Below are positions 19,805-30,242 of a DNA stretch of 64,000 bases, in pieces. How positions within the stretch are numbered: the stretch's first letter is position 1; each line of letters begins with the position of its first letter. The stretch covers positions 13,732 to 77,731 of the forward strand of contig CACONR010000002.1 in NCBI GenBank assembly GCA_902628565.1, given 5' to 3'. The notes under the pieces were generated by a model, which was not told the origin of the DNA, did no database searches, and saw only the letters and a list, made by a program, of their open reading frames with translations. Origin of the DNA: an uncultured Pelagibacteraceae bacterium. GTDB taxonomy: Bacteria > Pseudomonadota > Alphaproteobacteria > Pelagibacterales > Pelagibacteraceae. Both the position numbers and the translations under genes were made by a program.

Positions 19805-20445
19805 ATTTTTTTTTCCATTTTCTTTATGTTTAACAAAAATGAGTCTTTACTCGTTAAACTCTCTCTTTCCTCATAATCTAAATTCCAAATTTTAAGAGTA
19901 TCATTTAAAATTTTTCTTCCACTTTTACCCATGAATAAAATTATATTTTTATATTTCCAGAAATTCTTTTGTACCAAATCAAGAATTATAGGCATTGGCT
20001 TAAACGCTCTGGACATAATGGTTCCCGTTTCAATATTTTTAATTTTAAAAATGTCTTTTTGTATTATCTCCGTATTCAGTTCTAATTTTTTTGAAACATC
20101 CTTTAAGAAAACACATTTATGATAACTTTTTTCATAAAGTTTTATTTTCATTCTGTTTTTCAATTTTTTCATTAAGATTGCTATAATTAATCCTGGCATT
20201 CCACCCCCAGATCCTAAATCAGAGGTTGTATTAGTATTTAAATCAACAAAATCAATAATTTGCGCAGAATCAACAATATGTCTTTGTCTAATTGCCTTTT
20301 TTTCTGAGTTTTTTTTACTAATTATGTTAATTTCCCTATTTTTCTTTTGTATCATGCTTATTAAGCTTTCAAGCTCATTACAAGTTTCACGTGAAACATA
20401 AAATTTTTGTATTTGAGAGTAATTTTTAGAAATTAACGAATCCAT
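19798..20445 (-). CDS. rsmG: 16S rRNA G527 N7-methyltransferase
   Basis: RHIVDS, DLGSGGGMPG, SRAF motifs; follows mnmG. Confidence 0.93.
   Translation of the reverse strand: MDSLISKNYSQIQKFYVSRETCNELESLISMIQKKNREINIISKKNSEKKAIRQRHIVDSAQIIDFVDLNTNTTSDLGSGGGMPGLIIAILMKKLKNRMKIKLYEKSYHKCVFLKDVSKKLELNTEIIQKDIFKIKNIETGTIMSRAFKPMPIILDLVQKNFWKYKNIILFMGKSGRKILNDTLKIWNLDYEERESLTSKDSFLLNIKKMEKKIW
20383..20398. promoter_or_regulatory. parS centromere site
   Basis: AGTTTCACGTGAAACA, 15/16 match to TGTTTCACGTGAAACA; inside the 5' end of rsmG, upstream of parAB. Confidence 0.9.
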
Positions 20446-22316
20446 TAAGCTATATGCTTAATAGACTTTCTTTTAACGTGTGACAACAAAATATATACAG
20501 CTGCTGGGGTAATTCCATCTATTCGTAAAGCTTGCCCCATTGTTTTGGGTCTTATTTCTTTAAATTTGGCTTTTACTTCGTTTGATAAGCCTGAAAATTG
20601 ATCATAATCAATATTTTCCGGTATAACGAGATTTTCATCTCTTTTAAAAGCTATAATATCTGCATTTTGCTTTTTTAAATAACCTCTATAATGAGAATTA
20701 ATTTCTATTTGCTCATCAATTTCAGACCCAAAATCCTTAATTTCAGTCCAAATCTCTCGCATTTTATTCATATTAGCACCTTTTTGAGCTAAAATTTCAT
20801 CAGCTGATCGCAATATACCATCCTTTGCAATTTTAATACCATGTTTTTCTGCTTTTGTAGGAGATATACTTAGATTAGACATTTGAAGAGATATTTCACT
20901 CATTTTAGCAAATTTATCCTCGAACTTAAACTTTCTCTCGCCTGATACTAAGCCAATTTTAATACCCTTATTTGTAAGTCTCAAATCAGCATTATCTGCT
21001 CTCAGGCTGAGCCTATACTCAGCTCTTGAAGTAAACATTCTATAGGGCTCTGCTACACCTTTAGTAACCAAATCATCTATCATCACTCCAATGTAAGCAT
21101 CAGATCTATCGAGGATGAATGGCTTTTTATTCATGAGCGACATAGCTGCGTTTACACCAGCTATAAGACCTTGGGCTGCAGCCTCTTCATATCCAGTGGT
21201 TCCGTTTATCTGACCAGCTAAATATAAGTTCTTAATTTTTTTAGTCTCAAGAGTTAGAAAGAGTTCCCTAGGGTCTACATAGTCATATTCTATTGCATAT
21301 CCTGGTCTAATCATTTTAACATTCTCTAAACCATTGATATTATTGAGTATTTCAGCTTGTACTACCTCAGGTAGAGAGTTTGAAATTCCATTTGGATAAA
21401 TTGTATGATCATTGAGCCCCTCAGGCTCTAAAAATATTTGATGTCTCTTCTTTTCTGCAAACTTAACTATTTTATCTTCTATTGATGGACAATATCTTGG
21501 ACCCACTCCTTTAATGCTACCTGAGTACATTGCGCTCTTAGATAAATTTTTCTCAATTATTCTATGTACCTTTTCGTTAGTGTAGGTCATTGAACAAGAC
21601 ACTTGTTTATTAGTTACAGATTTTGTTAAAAACGAAAAAAAGTAGGGGTTATCATCAGCTACTTGTTTTTCCAAATTTTTAAAATTTATTGTCCTTGCAT
21701 CCAGTCTCGGAGGAGTACCAGTTTTTAATCGCCCGATTTTAAATTTATATTTTTCTAATTGTTCGCTCAAACCTGTACTAGGTTTTTCATTGTATCTTCC
21801 CGCAGGCGTACGCTCATCACCTATATGTATCAATCCATTTAAAAAAGTACCGGTTGTGAGTATTATTTTATTACAAGTAATCTTATTACCTTTTAATGTT
21901 AAAAAGCCATTTATTGTATTTTTAGAAAAAATAAACTTAATTACAGGATCAGAAAAAATGCTTAAATTACAATAGTTTACAAGTTTTTTTTGCATAAATT
22001 GTTTATATAATGATCTATCAGATTGAGTTCGCGGACCTCTAACAGCTGGTCCTCTGCTTCTATTTAGTAACCTAAATTGTATTCCTGATTTGTCAGCAAT
22101 CTCTCCCATAACGCCATCTAGTGCATCAATTTCTCTTACTAAATGACCTTTGCCCAAACCACCAATTGCGGGATTACATGACATCTCACCAATAGTATTT
22201 TTATCATGAGTGAATAGAGCAGTATTTACACCTAAACGAGCTGAAGCTGCTGCTGCTTCACAACCAGCATGACCACCTCCTATTACGACTACATCAAATG
22301 AAAATTCTTTTTTCAT
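20445..22316 (-). CDS. mnmG: tRNA uridine-5-carboxymethylaminomethyl modification enzyme
   Basis: [39 protein letters not shown] motifs. Confidence 0.99.
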   Translation of the reverse strand: MKKEFSFDVVVIGGGHAGCEAAAASARLGVNTALFTHDKNTIGEMSCNPAIGGLGKGHLVREIDALDGVMGEIADKSGIQFRLLNRSRGPAVRGPRTQSDRSLYKQFMQKKLVNYCNLSIFSDPVIKFIFSKNTINGFLTLKGNKITCNKIILTTGTFLNGLIHIGDERTPAGRYNEKPSTGLSEQLEKYKFKIGRLKTGTPPRLDARTINFKNLEKQVADDNPYFFSFLTKSVTNKQVSCSMTYTNEKVHRIIEKNLSKSAMYSGSIKGVGPRYCPSIEDKIVKFAEKKRHQIFLEPEGLNDHTIYPNGISNSLPEVVQAEILNNINGLENVKMIRPGYAIEYDYVDPRELFLTLETKKIKNLYLAGQINGTTGYEEAAAQGLIAGVNAAMSLMNKKPFILDRSDAYIGVMIDDLVTKGVAEPYRMFTSRAEYRLSLRADNADLRLTNKGIKIGLVSGERKFKFEDKFAKMSEISLQMSNLSISPTKAEKHGIKIAKDGILRSADEILAQKGANMNKMREIWTEIKDFGSEIDEQIEINSHYRGYLKKQNADIIAFKRDENLVIPENIDYDQFSGLSNEVKAKFKEIRPKTMGQALRIDGITPAAVYILLSHVKRKSIKHIA

Positions 22317-22355
22317 GATGTAAACTTATATTTGAAAAAAAATTTTACAAGTTTC

Positions 22356-23687
22356 TTATTTTCCAATGCAAAAATCGTTGAAAATGCTGCCTAATATTTC
22401 CTCTACATCCACCTTTCCAACAATCATACCCAAATGTCTTGTAGCTAACCTTAAATCTTCAGCAGCTTTATCAAAATCCTTTTTATCATTTTTTTCTAGA
22501 AAATTTGCTAAATTATCTGAACACTGAACCAAATGTTGCCTGTGTCTTTCTCTGGTAATTAATATATCCTCATTCATGATAAATCTTGTCTTTAACTTAT
22601 TTTTGATTTTTGAAATTAATTTATCTAAATTTAGGTTTTTCTTTAATGAAATTAAAACATGATCTAACTTTCTCACCTCTGAGTCTAATTCACCATTGAT
22701 AAGATCTGACTTATTTACAACTAAAATAGCATTTTCTTTCAATAAATCATTTAAAAATCCGCCTAAATCAATGCTTTTAGCATCTACTACCACTAATTTT
22801 AAATCAGCATTTTCGGCCTTATCTAACGATAATTTTATACCTTTTTTCTCAATTTCATCTTTAGAATTTCTTATGCCAGCTGTATCTGAGATTATAACAG
22901 GATAGCCATCAACATTTAAGTGTGTTTCAATTACGTCTCTTGTTGTTCCTGCAATTTCGGAAACTATTGCTACATCTCTATTAGATAAATTATTTAATAA
23001 TGAGGATTTACCAGCATTTGTTGGGCCAACTATAGCTATTTTAAAACCTTCACGGATAATCTCACCTACTTTTTGATCATTTAAAATTTTTTTAATTTGA
23101 TTTAAAACTTCAGTTGAATCATTTTTAATTTGTTGAATATTTTCATTAGGTAAATCCTCTTCAGGAAAATCTATTTTTGCTTCAACATAAGATAGTATCT
23201 TTAATAACTTTTCTCTTAAATTATTGAATTTCTCAGCCGAATTACCTTTCATAATTTTTACAGCTTGTAATCTTTGTATTTCAGTTTCAGCGGAAATTAA
23301 ATCGGCTATACCCTCAGCTTTTAGCAAATTAATTTTACCATTTTGAAAAGCTTTCTTTGTAAATTCACCTGGCTCAGCCAATCTGAAGTTTTTTATTTTA
23401 GACAATTCGTTTTGTATCGCTAAAACAATTGCTTTCCCTCCATGAACATGAACTTCAGCCATATCCTCTCCTGTGTAGCTCTCAGGACCGGGAAACCAGA
23501 TAATAATACCTTCGTCAATTAACTCAGAAGTGTTGATATTGTTTATTTTTCTTAGAGTAGCTATTCTGGGAGTAGGTAGATCTTTCTTGGTGAGTAATTT
23601 AATTGCTTTTGATGCCTCGGGGCCAGAAATTCTTACAATTGCTACTCCAGATACACCCGGACCAGTTGATAAAGCATAAATAGTCAT
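22356..23687 (-). CDS. mnmE: tRNA modification GTPase
   Basis: SYTGED, GPTNAGKSS, GTTRD, DTAG, NKSD, C-terminal FCIGK. Confidence 0.99.
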   Translation of the reverse strand: MTIYALSTGPGVSGVAIVRISGPEASKAIKLLTKKDLPTPRIATLRKINNINTSELIDEGIIIWFPGPESYTGEDMAEVHVHGGKAIVLAIQNELSKIKNFRLAEPGEFTKKAFQNGKINLLKAEGIADLISAETEIQRLQAVKIMKGNSAEKFNNLREKLLKILSYVEAKIDFPEEDLPNENIQQIKNDSTEVLNQIKKILNDQKVGEIIREGFKIAIVGPTNAGKSSLLNNLSNRDVAIVSEIAGTTRDVIETHLNVDGYPVIISDTAGIRNSKDEIEKKGIKLSLDKAENADLKLVVVDAKSIDLGGFLNDLLKENAILVVNKSDLINGELDSEVRKLDHVLISLKKNLNLDKLISKIKNKLKTRFIMNEDILITRERHRQHLVQCSDNLANFLEKNDKKDFDKAAEDLRLATRHLGMIVGKVDVEEILGSIFNDFCIGK

Positions 23688-23729
23688 TCAAATATTATAA
23701 CTTCAATTATGTGGTATTGGGAAATTAAA

Positions 23730-24998
23730 TTATGCTGGTTTGTTCATTGAATTAAAGAACTCAGCATTGTTTTTTGTATCTTTTAGTTTTGAATTAATAA
23801 ACTCAATAGCATCCATGGTTCCCATTGGTGCAATTATTCTTCTCAAAACATTCATCTTTTGTAAATCATTCTTATCAAACAATAATTCTTCTCTCCTTGT
23901 GCCTGATTTCGTAATATCAATAGCTGGATAAATTCTTTTGTCTGCAATTTTTCTATCGAGAACTGTCTCACTATTTCCAGTGCCTTTGAATTCTTCAAAA
24001 ATTACTTCATCCATCCTGCTTCCAGTGTCAATTAATGCTGTAGAAATAATTGTTAACGATCCACCCTCCTCTATATTTCTCGCTGCACCAAAAAACCTCT
24101 TAGGTCTTTGAAGAGCATTTGCATCAACACCACCTGTTAAAACTTTACCAGAACTTGGTATTACCGCATTATAAGCTCTTCCTAGTCTTGTAATTGAGTC
24201 TAGTAATATAACAACATCCTTTTTGTGCTCTGTCAGTCTTTTAGCTTTTTCTATTACCATCTCAGCAACAGCTACGTGACGTTGTGCTGGCTCATCGAAA
24301 GTTGAACTAATTACTTCTCCTTTTACAGTCCTCTGCATATCAGTTACTTCCTCAGGCCTCTCATCAATTAACAAAACAATTAGATAACATTCTGGATAAT
24401 TTTTTGCTATTGAATTGGCTATGCTCTGTAAAATCATAGTTTTACCAGCCTTTGGAGGTGAAATAATAATTGACCTTTGACCTTTTCCGATGGGACTTAC
24501 AAGATCTATAAGTCTTGGGGTTAAATCTTGTTTTTTATCAGGTTTTACTTGCTCCACCTCCATAACGAGTTGTTTGTCTGGATAAAGGGGCGTCAAGTTA
24601 TCAAAAGCTATTTTATGTCTGGATTTGTCAGGTTCTTCGAAATTAATTTTACTTACTTGTAGCAACGCAAAATATCTTTCTCCCTCTTTTGGAGCTCTAA
24701 CTGGCCCTTCCACAGTATCACCTGTTCTTAAACCAAATTTTCTAATCTGACTTGGGCTTACATAAATATCATCTGGACCCGGTAAATAATTTGACTCCAT
24801 CGCTCTCAGAAAACCAAAGCCATCTTGAAGTAGTTGTAATACACCTGCGCCGGTAATCTCTTCTTTTTCTGCTACTTTTTTTAAAATTGCAAAAAGTATC
24901 TCTTGCTTTCTTAAAGTACTTGCATTTTCAATACCAAGCTCTTCTGCTTGAGCAATAAGTTGTTCAGATGATTTAAGTTTTAATTCTTGGATATTCAT
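23730..24998 (-). CDS. rho: Transcription termination factor Rho
   Basis: DGFGFLR, DIYVS, GKGQR, PPKAGKT, DERPEE motifs. Confidence 0.99.
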   Translation of the reverse strand: MNIQELKLKSSEQLIAQAEELGIENASTLRKQEILFAILKKVAEKEEITGAGVLQLLQDGFGFLRAMESNYLPGPDDIYVSPSQIRKFGLRTGDTVEGPVRAPKEGERYFALLQVSKINFEEPDKSRHKIAFDNLTPLYPDKQLVMEVEQVKPDKKQDLTPRLIDLVSPIGKGQRSIIISPPKAGKTMILQSIANSIAKNYPECYLIVLLIDERPEEVTDMQRTVKGEVISSTFDEPAQRHVAVAEMVIEKAKRLTEHKKDVVILLDSITRLGRAYNAVIPSSGKVLTGGVDANALQRPKRFFGAARNIEEGGSLTIISTALIDTGSRMDEVIFEEFKGTGNSETVLDRKIADKRIYPAIDITKSGTRREELLFDKNDLQKMNVLRRIIAPMGTMDAIEFINSKLKDTKNNAEFFNSMNKPA

Positions 24999-25113
24999 GA
25001 ATGAATTATTAAGGATTTAATAATGAGACTAATATATATACTATTACAACTTTTACAAGAGTTTTACTTGTTTTATTAAAAAAAATGAAAAAATCCTAAT
25101 ATTGAGGGCTTTT

Positions 25114-25641
25114 TTAAGAATTTATATCTAATTCCCTTGCAAAATTATCTACCTTTGACCAATCAGTAAATTCATATGATTGAGAGGTGTCTGTTGGGCC
25201 ATTAGTTAAAAACATAATAAGTTTAATGGCATATTTATCAAAAAAACCATAATTTGGATAGTCTACTTTACCTGCAAAAACACCAATTTTTTTTGGTTTC
25301 CATTTAGAAATTTTAAGAAATTTTTTTACATATGGATTGGTATTAGGTGTATTTTTTTCGGGTTTCCTCGCCACTACATTTACTGAAAAAAAAAAACTAT
25401 TTTTTTGTTCCAATATATCTTTATTCGAATTAATAAATTGATAAAGATCTTTTGAGTGTTTTCCATATCTTATACTTGCCCCAATAACAATTTGGTTAAA
25501 TTTAGTTAAATCAAATTTGGTTGCCTCAAGCAAGGATATGATTTTAGTAGTGTTGGTATTATTAAAAAAATTAGCTAACCTTTCACAAATATTTTTGGTA
25601 TGACCATTGGTGCTAGAATAGATTATTAAAGTTTCTGGCAT
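25114..25641 (-). CDS. hemG: Flavodoxin-type protoporphyrinogen IX dehydrogenase
   Basis: YSSTNGHT, IGASIRYG, FFSVNVVARKPEK, TNPY, FAG.VDYP.Y, EFTDW motifs; downstream of hemE-hemH. Confidence 0.92.
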   Translation of the reverse strand: MPETLIIYSSTNGHTKNICERLANFFNNTNTTKIISLLEATKFDLTKFNQIVIGASIRYGKHSKDLYQFINSNKDILEQKNSFFFSVNVVARKPEKNTPNTNPYVKKFLKISKWKPKKIGVFAGKVDYPNYGFFDKYAIKLIMFLTNGPTDTSQSYEFTDWSKVDNFARELDINS

Positions 25642-25651
25642 TGCTAAAATG

Positions 25652-26764
25652 CTATGATTTGTTCATTATTTGTTGAGGCATTTTTTCATAATATTTTTTC
25701 TCAAGTTTATATTCTATATTTTCTTTATCTTGTGCTGATCCCTCTGCTTGAGTAAAGGTATATTTCGCGAAATCTTTGCACCAGTCCTTTTTGGTATTAA
25801 GACACTCCACAGGGTAAATATTGCCGCCTAATTCTTTTGCCTCATTAACTAATTCGTGACCAAGTTCATCTGTGGTTTCCAAGCAGTCTGCAACAAAACT
25901 TGGTGAATAAATCGCAATTTCTTTTTTTCCCTCTGATATTAACTTTTTAACTACATCTTCAGTATAAGGGGTTATCCACTCCTCAGAGCCAAATCGACTT
26001 TGAAAACTCATCATGCAGTGTTCGGGTTTTATATTTTTCAAATTTTTTGTAATCAGACAAAATGTTTCATAGCAATGTCTGTAATAATCATCGCCCTTAT
26101 TTACAATTCTTCTTTTTTGCATCCCATGAAAAGTAATTATTAAATTATCAATTTTTTTACCTTGACTAATTAGCTCACTCAATTTCGCATCAACCTGATT
26201 AACAGAATTATTAATGAATGCATGAGTTCTATGAAAGTTAGTAATTACTTCAAATGTTGGAATTTTTACTCTTTTTGATAATTCTTTGGCTAAAGCATCT
26301 ATTCCTGAAGCTATTGTGCTTTCAGAATATTGTGGGAACATCGGTATGACAAGCAGTTTTGTTGCACCGACGCCTTTCTTCAAGTCCTCTTCCCAACTGT
26401 CATATACTTCATTTACATATGGAGGCGATAAAAGGAAAGCATGATTTACCTCTACATAACCCTCTGGGTCAATTTTTTTAAGTTCTTCTCTTACATTTTT
26501 TGTAAAATCTCTAGTGTTAGTAATTAAAGGAAAGTTTTCGCCATCCCAAATTCTTGCATATAATTTAGCGGATTTTTTTGGCCTGAAAGGCAAAACAAAA
26601 AAATTTAAAATTATTTTCCAAAGCCAAGGATTAATATCGATAACTCTTGGATCTCCTAAAAATGCTCTCAAATATTTTCTTAAAGCTTTAGTTGTCGGCG
26701 CAGAAGGTGAGCCAAGCTGAACAAATACAACTTTTGTTTTTCTTTTTGGGTGCGAATAAACCAT
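25652..26764 (-). CDS. hemH: Ferrochelatase
   Basis: QLGSP, FLGDPRV, PMFPQYS, FHG, FQSRFG..W, FVADCLET, CLN motifs. Confidence 0.95.
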   Translation of the reverse strand: MVYSHPKRKTKVVFVQLGSPSAPTTKALRKYLRAFLGDPRVIDINPWLWKIILNFFVLPFRPKKSAKLYARIWDGENFPLITNTRDFTKNVREELKKIDPEGYVEVNHAFLLSPPYVNEVYDSWEEDLKKGVGATKLLVIPMFPQYSESTIASGIDALAKELSKRVKIPTFEVITNFHRTHAFINNSVNQVDAKLSELISQGKKIDNLIITFHGMQKRRIVNKGDDYYRHCYETFCLITKNLKNIKPEHCMMSFQSRFGSEEWITPYTEDVVKKLISEGKKEIAIYSPSFVADCLETTDELGHELVNEAKELGGNIYPVECLNTKKDWCKDFAKYTFTQAEGSAQDKENIEYKLEKKYYEKMPQQIMNKS

Positions 26765-26766
26765 AT

Positions 26767-27768
26767 TTAATAATCTTTTACTATTTTAACTAAATATTCC
26801 ATCATACTAGGGTCGGTCTCTGGCAAAATACCATGTCCTAAGTTGAAGATATATGGATGATCCTTAAATATATCTAGATATCTTTTTGCCTCTTTTTTTA
26901 GATTTTCTTTATCAGCAAGTAGAATTTGGGGTTTCATGCCCCCTTGAACAGGTATTTTGACGTTTTTTACAATTTGATTAGGGTCTACTTCGTAATCAAT
27001 ACAAATAACGTCTGGATTTATAATTTCACAATATTTTTTATAATCTTTTATTCCTCGAGGAAAACATATTACAGGGACATTAAGTCTTTTAATATATTTA
27101 ACTAACGATAATGTTGGGTTGTAAATATAAGTATCAAGATCTTTATCTTCCAATAGTCCTGCCCAACTATCAAAAATTTGAATTATTTCAGCACCACTAT
27201 CTACTTGGTTTTTTATATGAATTTTTAAGAATTTTTCTATTATCTTTAAGATTTCTGTTATTAAAACATTGTCTTCAAAAAAGTTTTTTTTTAAACCTTG
27301 CTTAGGTGACTTTTTATTCAACATATAAACTAGTAACGTCCAAGGCGCACCAACGAAACCTATAGTGCTTTTATTTTCAGTGAGTTTATTATTTTGAACT
27401 AGATCAATCGCTTTATAGACTGGATTAACTCTTTCGGTAAAAACATTTTCTGTAAATTCAGACATTTGGTTAATATTTAAATCACCAAGGATAGGACCAA
27501 CATTTTTTAAAAATTCTACTTTTTGATTTAATCCATAAGGTAAAATTAATATATCAGAAAAAATTATGGCAGCGTCCAAATCAAATCTTTTAAGTGGTTG
27601 AAGTGTAATTTCAGCTGATAAATTAGAATTTAAACATAATTTTATAAAATTAGTATTTTTTTCTCTGATTTTTCTAAATTCTGGTAGATATCTCCCAGCT
27701 TGTCTCATAATCCAAATGGGGTTCAAATCTGTTCTTTTATTGTTAATAACTTCTTTAATGTCAGACAT
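26767..27768 (-). CDS. hemE: Uroporphyrinogen decarboxylase
   Basis: WIMRQAGRYLPE, DAAIIFSDIL, QIFDSW, FNLGHG motifs. Confidence 0.98.
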   Translation of the reverse strand: MSDIKEVINNKRTDLNPIWIMRQAGRYLPEFRKIREKNTNFIKLCLNSNLSAEITLQPLKRFDLDAAIIFSDILILPYGLNQKVEFLKNVGPILGDLNINQMSEFTENVFTERVNPVYKAIDLVQNNKLTENKSTIGFVGAPWTLLVYMLNKKSPKQGLKKNFFEDNVLITEILKIIEKFLKIHIKNQVDSGAEIIQIFDSWAGLLEDKDLDTYIYNPTLSLVKYIKRLNVPVICFPRGIKDYKKYCEIINPDVICIDYEVDPNQIVKNVKIPVQGGMKPQILLADKENLKKEAKRYLDIFKDHPYIFNLGHGILPETDPSMMEYLVKIVKDY

Positions 27769-28049
27769 ATTAATAATTAAATTTATTTAATAGTATTTGT
27801 AGTATGTATTGTGAAATACGTGGATTAAATTTTATGTACATTTTATAAACTAGTTATTAACATTTAAAGTTAAATTTCTGATATATATATAAGTAATATT
27901 GAAGCTTATTACCAATATTTCAATTTAATGAAAAACTTTATACAAATGTTTAATAATGTTAATAAAAGCCATGTTTTACAACATAAATTTAAAATTTATA
28001 AAACCAATCAACTTTGTTTAAATAAAATAAAAATATTAACACTTTATAC
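27769..28049. other. Putative replication origin oriC
   Basis: Longest spacer in the window and extremely AT-rich; hemE-adjacent position is the known origin location in Caulobacter/Rhizobiales/Rickettsia; degenerate DnaA boxes; flanking operons diverge from it; parS lies about 7.4 kb away. Confidence 0.8.
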
Positions 28050-28874
28050 ATGACTAATATTTATCAAATTTATTTAATATCAGACTCTACAGGAGAGACT
28101 TTAGACAGAATTTTCACCGCAATAAAGGCTCAGTTTAAAAACATAGATTATAAGATACACACATATTCATTTACAAGGACCGAAAATCAAATTTTAAAAA
28201 TATTATCTAGTGCTAATGAAAACCCGAACTCTATAATTTTGTATTCAATCGTAGATAGTTCACTTGCAAAATATCTTGCAAAAAATAGTGAAGAAAAAAA
28301 AATTCCGTGTTTTGGAGTTTTAGGAGATCTTATTTTAAGCTTTTCAAAACTCCTAAATCAAAAAGCATCTCATGAACCCAGCGGGCAATATAAACTTAAT
28401 GATGAATATTATAAAAAAATTGAGGCGATTCAATTTACAATGAATCATGACGACGGAAACCTTATTAAAGATATAAAAAAATCAGACATTATTTTGTTGG
28501 GAGTAAGCAGAACAAGCAAAACACCAACCTCTATTTACTTGGCAAACAAAGGTTTCAAAATATCAAACATTCCTTTAGTAAATGAAAAATCTATACCTGG
28601 AATTTTAAAAGAAAAACCTAATTTAACATGTGTTGTTGGTTTAAATACCGAACCAGAGAGGTTAGTAGATATTAGAAAAAATCGAATGAACTCTTTAAAA
28701 GAGTCACAAAATAAATCCTATACAGACTTGTCTAAAATTAAAAAAGAAGTTGAGGACGCCAAAAATACTTTTAAAAAATATAAGTGGCCGACAATAGATG
28801 TAACTAGAAAATCAGTAGAAGAAACTGCGGCCTCAATTATAAAGATATACGAAATATATAAAAATAATGGTTAA
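28050..28874 (+). CDS. Pyruvate, phosphate/water dikinase regulatory protein (DUF299)
   Basis: ISDSTGET, HDDG, GVSRTSKTP, DVTRKSVEETA motifs. Confidence 0.93.
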   Translation: MTNIYQIYLISDSTGETLDRIFTAIKAQFKNIDYKIHTYSFTRTENQILKILSSANENPNSIILYSIVDSSLAKYLAKNSEEKKIPCFGVLGDLILSFSKLLNQKASHEPSGQYKLNDEYYKKIEAIQFTMNHDDGNLIKDIKKSDIILLGVSRTSKTPTSIYLANKGFKISNIPLVNEKSIPGILKEKPNLTCVVGLNTEPERLVDIRKNRMNSLKESQNKSYTDLSKIKKEVEDAKNTFKKYKWPTIDVTRKSVEETAASIIKIYEIYKNNG

Positions 28875-29451
28875 GATTATCCTTGCCTCAAAAAGCAAAG
28901 TAAGAAAGCAAATTTTGGATAATAACAATATATACACTGAGGTACAAAATTCTAATTTAGATGAAGATATTGTTAAAGAAAGTTTAATTAAAGAAAAAGC
29001 ATCTCCCGAATTAATATCAAAAAATTTAGCTGAATTAAAAGCAAACAAAATAAGTCAAAAAAACCAGGGTTTTTTAGTTATAGGTGCTGATAGCGTAATT
29101 GATTTAGATGGCGAATTAATTTCTAAACCTATAAACAGAGATCAAGCTTTAGAAATTTTAAAAAAGCTTAATGGAAAAAAACACAATCTCATCAGTTCAG
29201 TTTGTATCTCTCAAAATGGTGCCATGATTTGGAATTACACTGACAAAGCAACTCTAACAATGAAACAATTTAGTTTAGATGAACTTAAAAATTATTTGTC
29301 AAAAATTACAGATGAAGCATTATATGCTTACAATGTTTATCAAATAGAGGGAGAAGGTAGAAAACTTTTTTTAAATATAGAGGGAGATGAGGATACTATT
29401 ATGGGTTTACCGATCAAAAAAATAAAACAATATTTGAGCAATTATAAATGA
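28867..29451 (+). CDS. maf: Maf nucleotide pyrophosphatase
   Basis: ILASKS..R, LAELKA, IGADS, KP, YQIEG, IMGLP motifs. Confidence 0.92.
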   Translation: MVKIILASKSKVRKQILDNNNIYTEVQNSNLDEDIVKESLIKEKASPELISKNLAELKANKISQKNQGFLVIGADSVIDLDGELISKPINRDQALEILKKLNGKKHNLISSVCISQNGAMIWNYTDKATLTMKQFSLDELKNYLSKITDEALYAYNVYQIEGEGRKLFLNIEGDEDTIMGLPIKKIKQYLSNYK

Positions 29452-30242
29452 AAAAATATTTAGTAATAGGAAATCCAATTGACCATTCTTTGTCTCCCAA
29501 ACTTCAAAATTGGTGGTTAAAAGAAAATAATATTGATGCAATTTATGATAAAATTAAGCTTGAGGATAATGAAATTAAAAATTTTATTCAGGATATCAAA
29601 GAACAAAAAATTGCTGGTTGTAATGTAACTGTCCCTTTCAAAAAAACAGTTATACCTTTTTTAGATAAATTAAGCCCAGAGGCAGATCAGACCCAATCAG
29701 TAAACACAATCACTTTTGAAAATGGTGATCTAGTTGGACATAATACAGATATAGCTGGTTTTGATACTGCGATTAGAAAGTTAAACTTTAGTGTAAAGGA
29801 CAAGAAAGTTTTAATCTTGGGTGCTGGTGGTGTAGTTCCCTCACTGATTTTTGCATTAAAAAATATGCATGCTCAAGAGATAACAATCAGCAATAGAACG
29901 AGAGAGAAGGCAGAAAATTTAAAAGTTTTATTTAATAATCTTAAAATTTTAGATTGGGGAGATTTAACTGATTTTCATATGGTAATAAATGCCACAAGCC
30001 TTGGTTTAAATAATGAAACAATAGATTTAGATTTCTCAAGTTTTGGACGGGATAAATTATTTTATGATGTGATTTATAATCCTCAGGAAACCCATTTTTT
30101 GAAAATGGGAAAACATTTAGGATGCAAAACAGAAAATGGAAAAACTATGTTTGTTTACCAGGCTCTAGAGGCTTTTAAGTTATGGCACAAGATAGAACCA
30201 AAAGTAAATAAAGACACATTTAAATTTTTAGATAATGATTAG
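29448..30242 (+). CDS. aroE: Shikimate dehydrogenase
   Basis: GNPIDHSLSP, NVTVPFK, NTD, GAGG, NRT, INATS motifs. Confidence 0.96.
   Translation: MKKYLVIGNPIDHSLSPKLQNWWLKENNIDAIYDKIKLEDNEIKNFIQDIKEQKIAGCNVTVPFKKTVIPFLDKLSPEADQTQSVNTITFENGDLVGHNTDIAGFDTAIRKLNFSVKDKKVLILGAGGVVPSLIFALKNMHAQEITISNRTREKAENLKVLFNNLKILDWGDLTDFHMVINATSLGLNNETIDLDFSSFGRDKLFYDVIYNPQETHFLKMGKHLGCKTENGKTMFVYQALEAFKLWHKIEPKVNKDTFKFLDND

Noticed and set aside
25081-25115. Possible hairpin terminator between hemG and rho
   Set aside because: Stem is too short and mismatched to support a call
27769-28049. CtrA boxes (TTAA-N7-TTAA) in the origin
   Set aside because: The TTAA pairs I checked have other spacings, and TTAA is expected by chance in this AT-rich spacer
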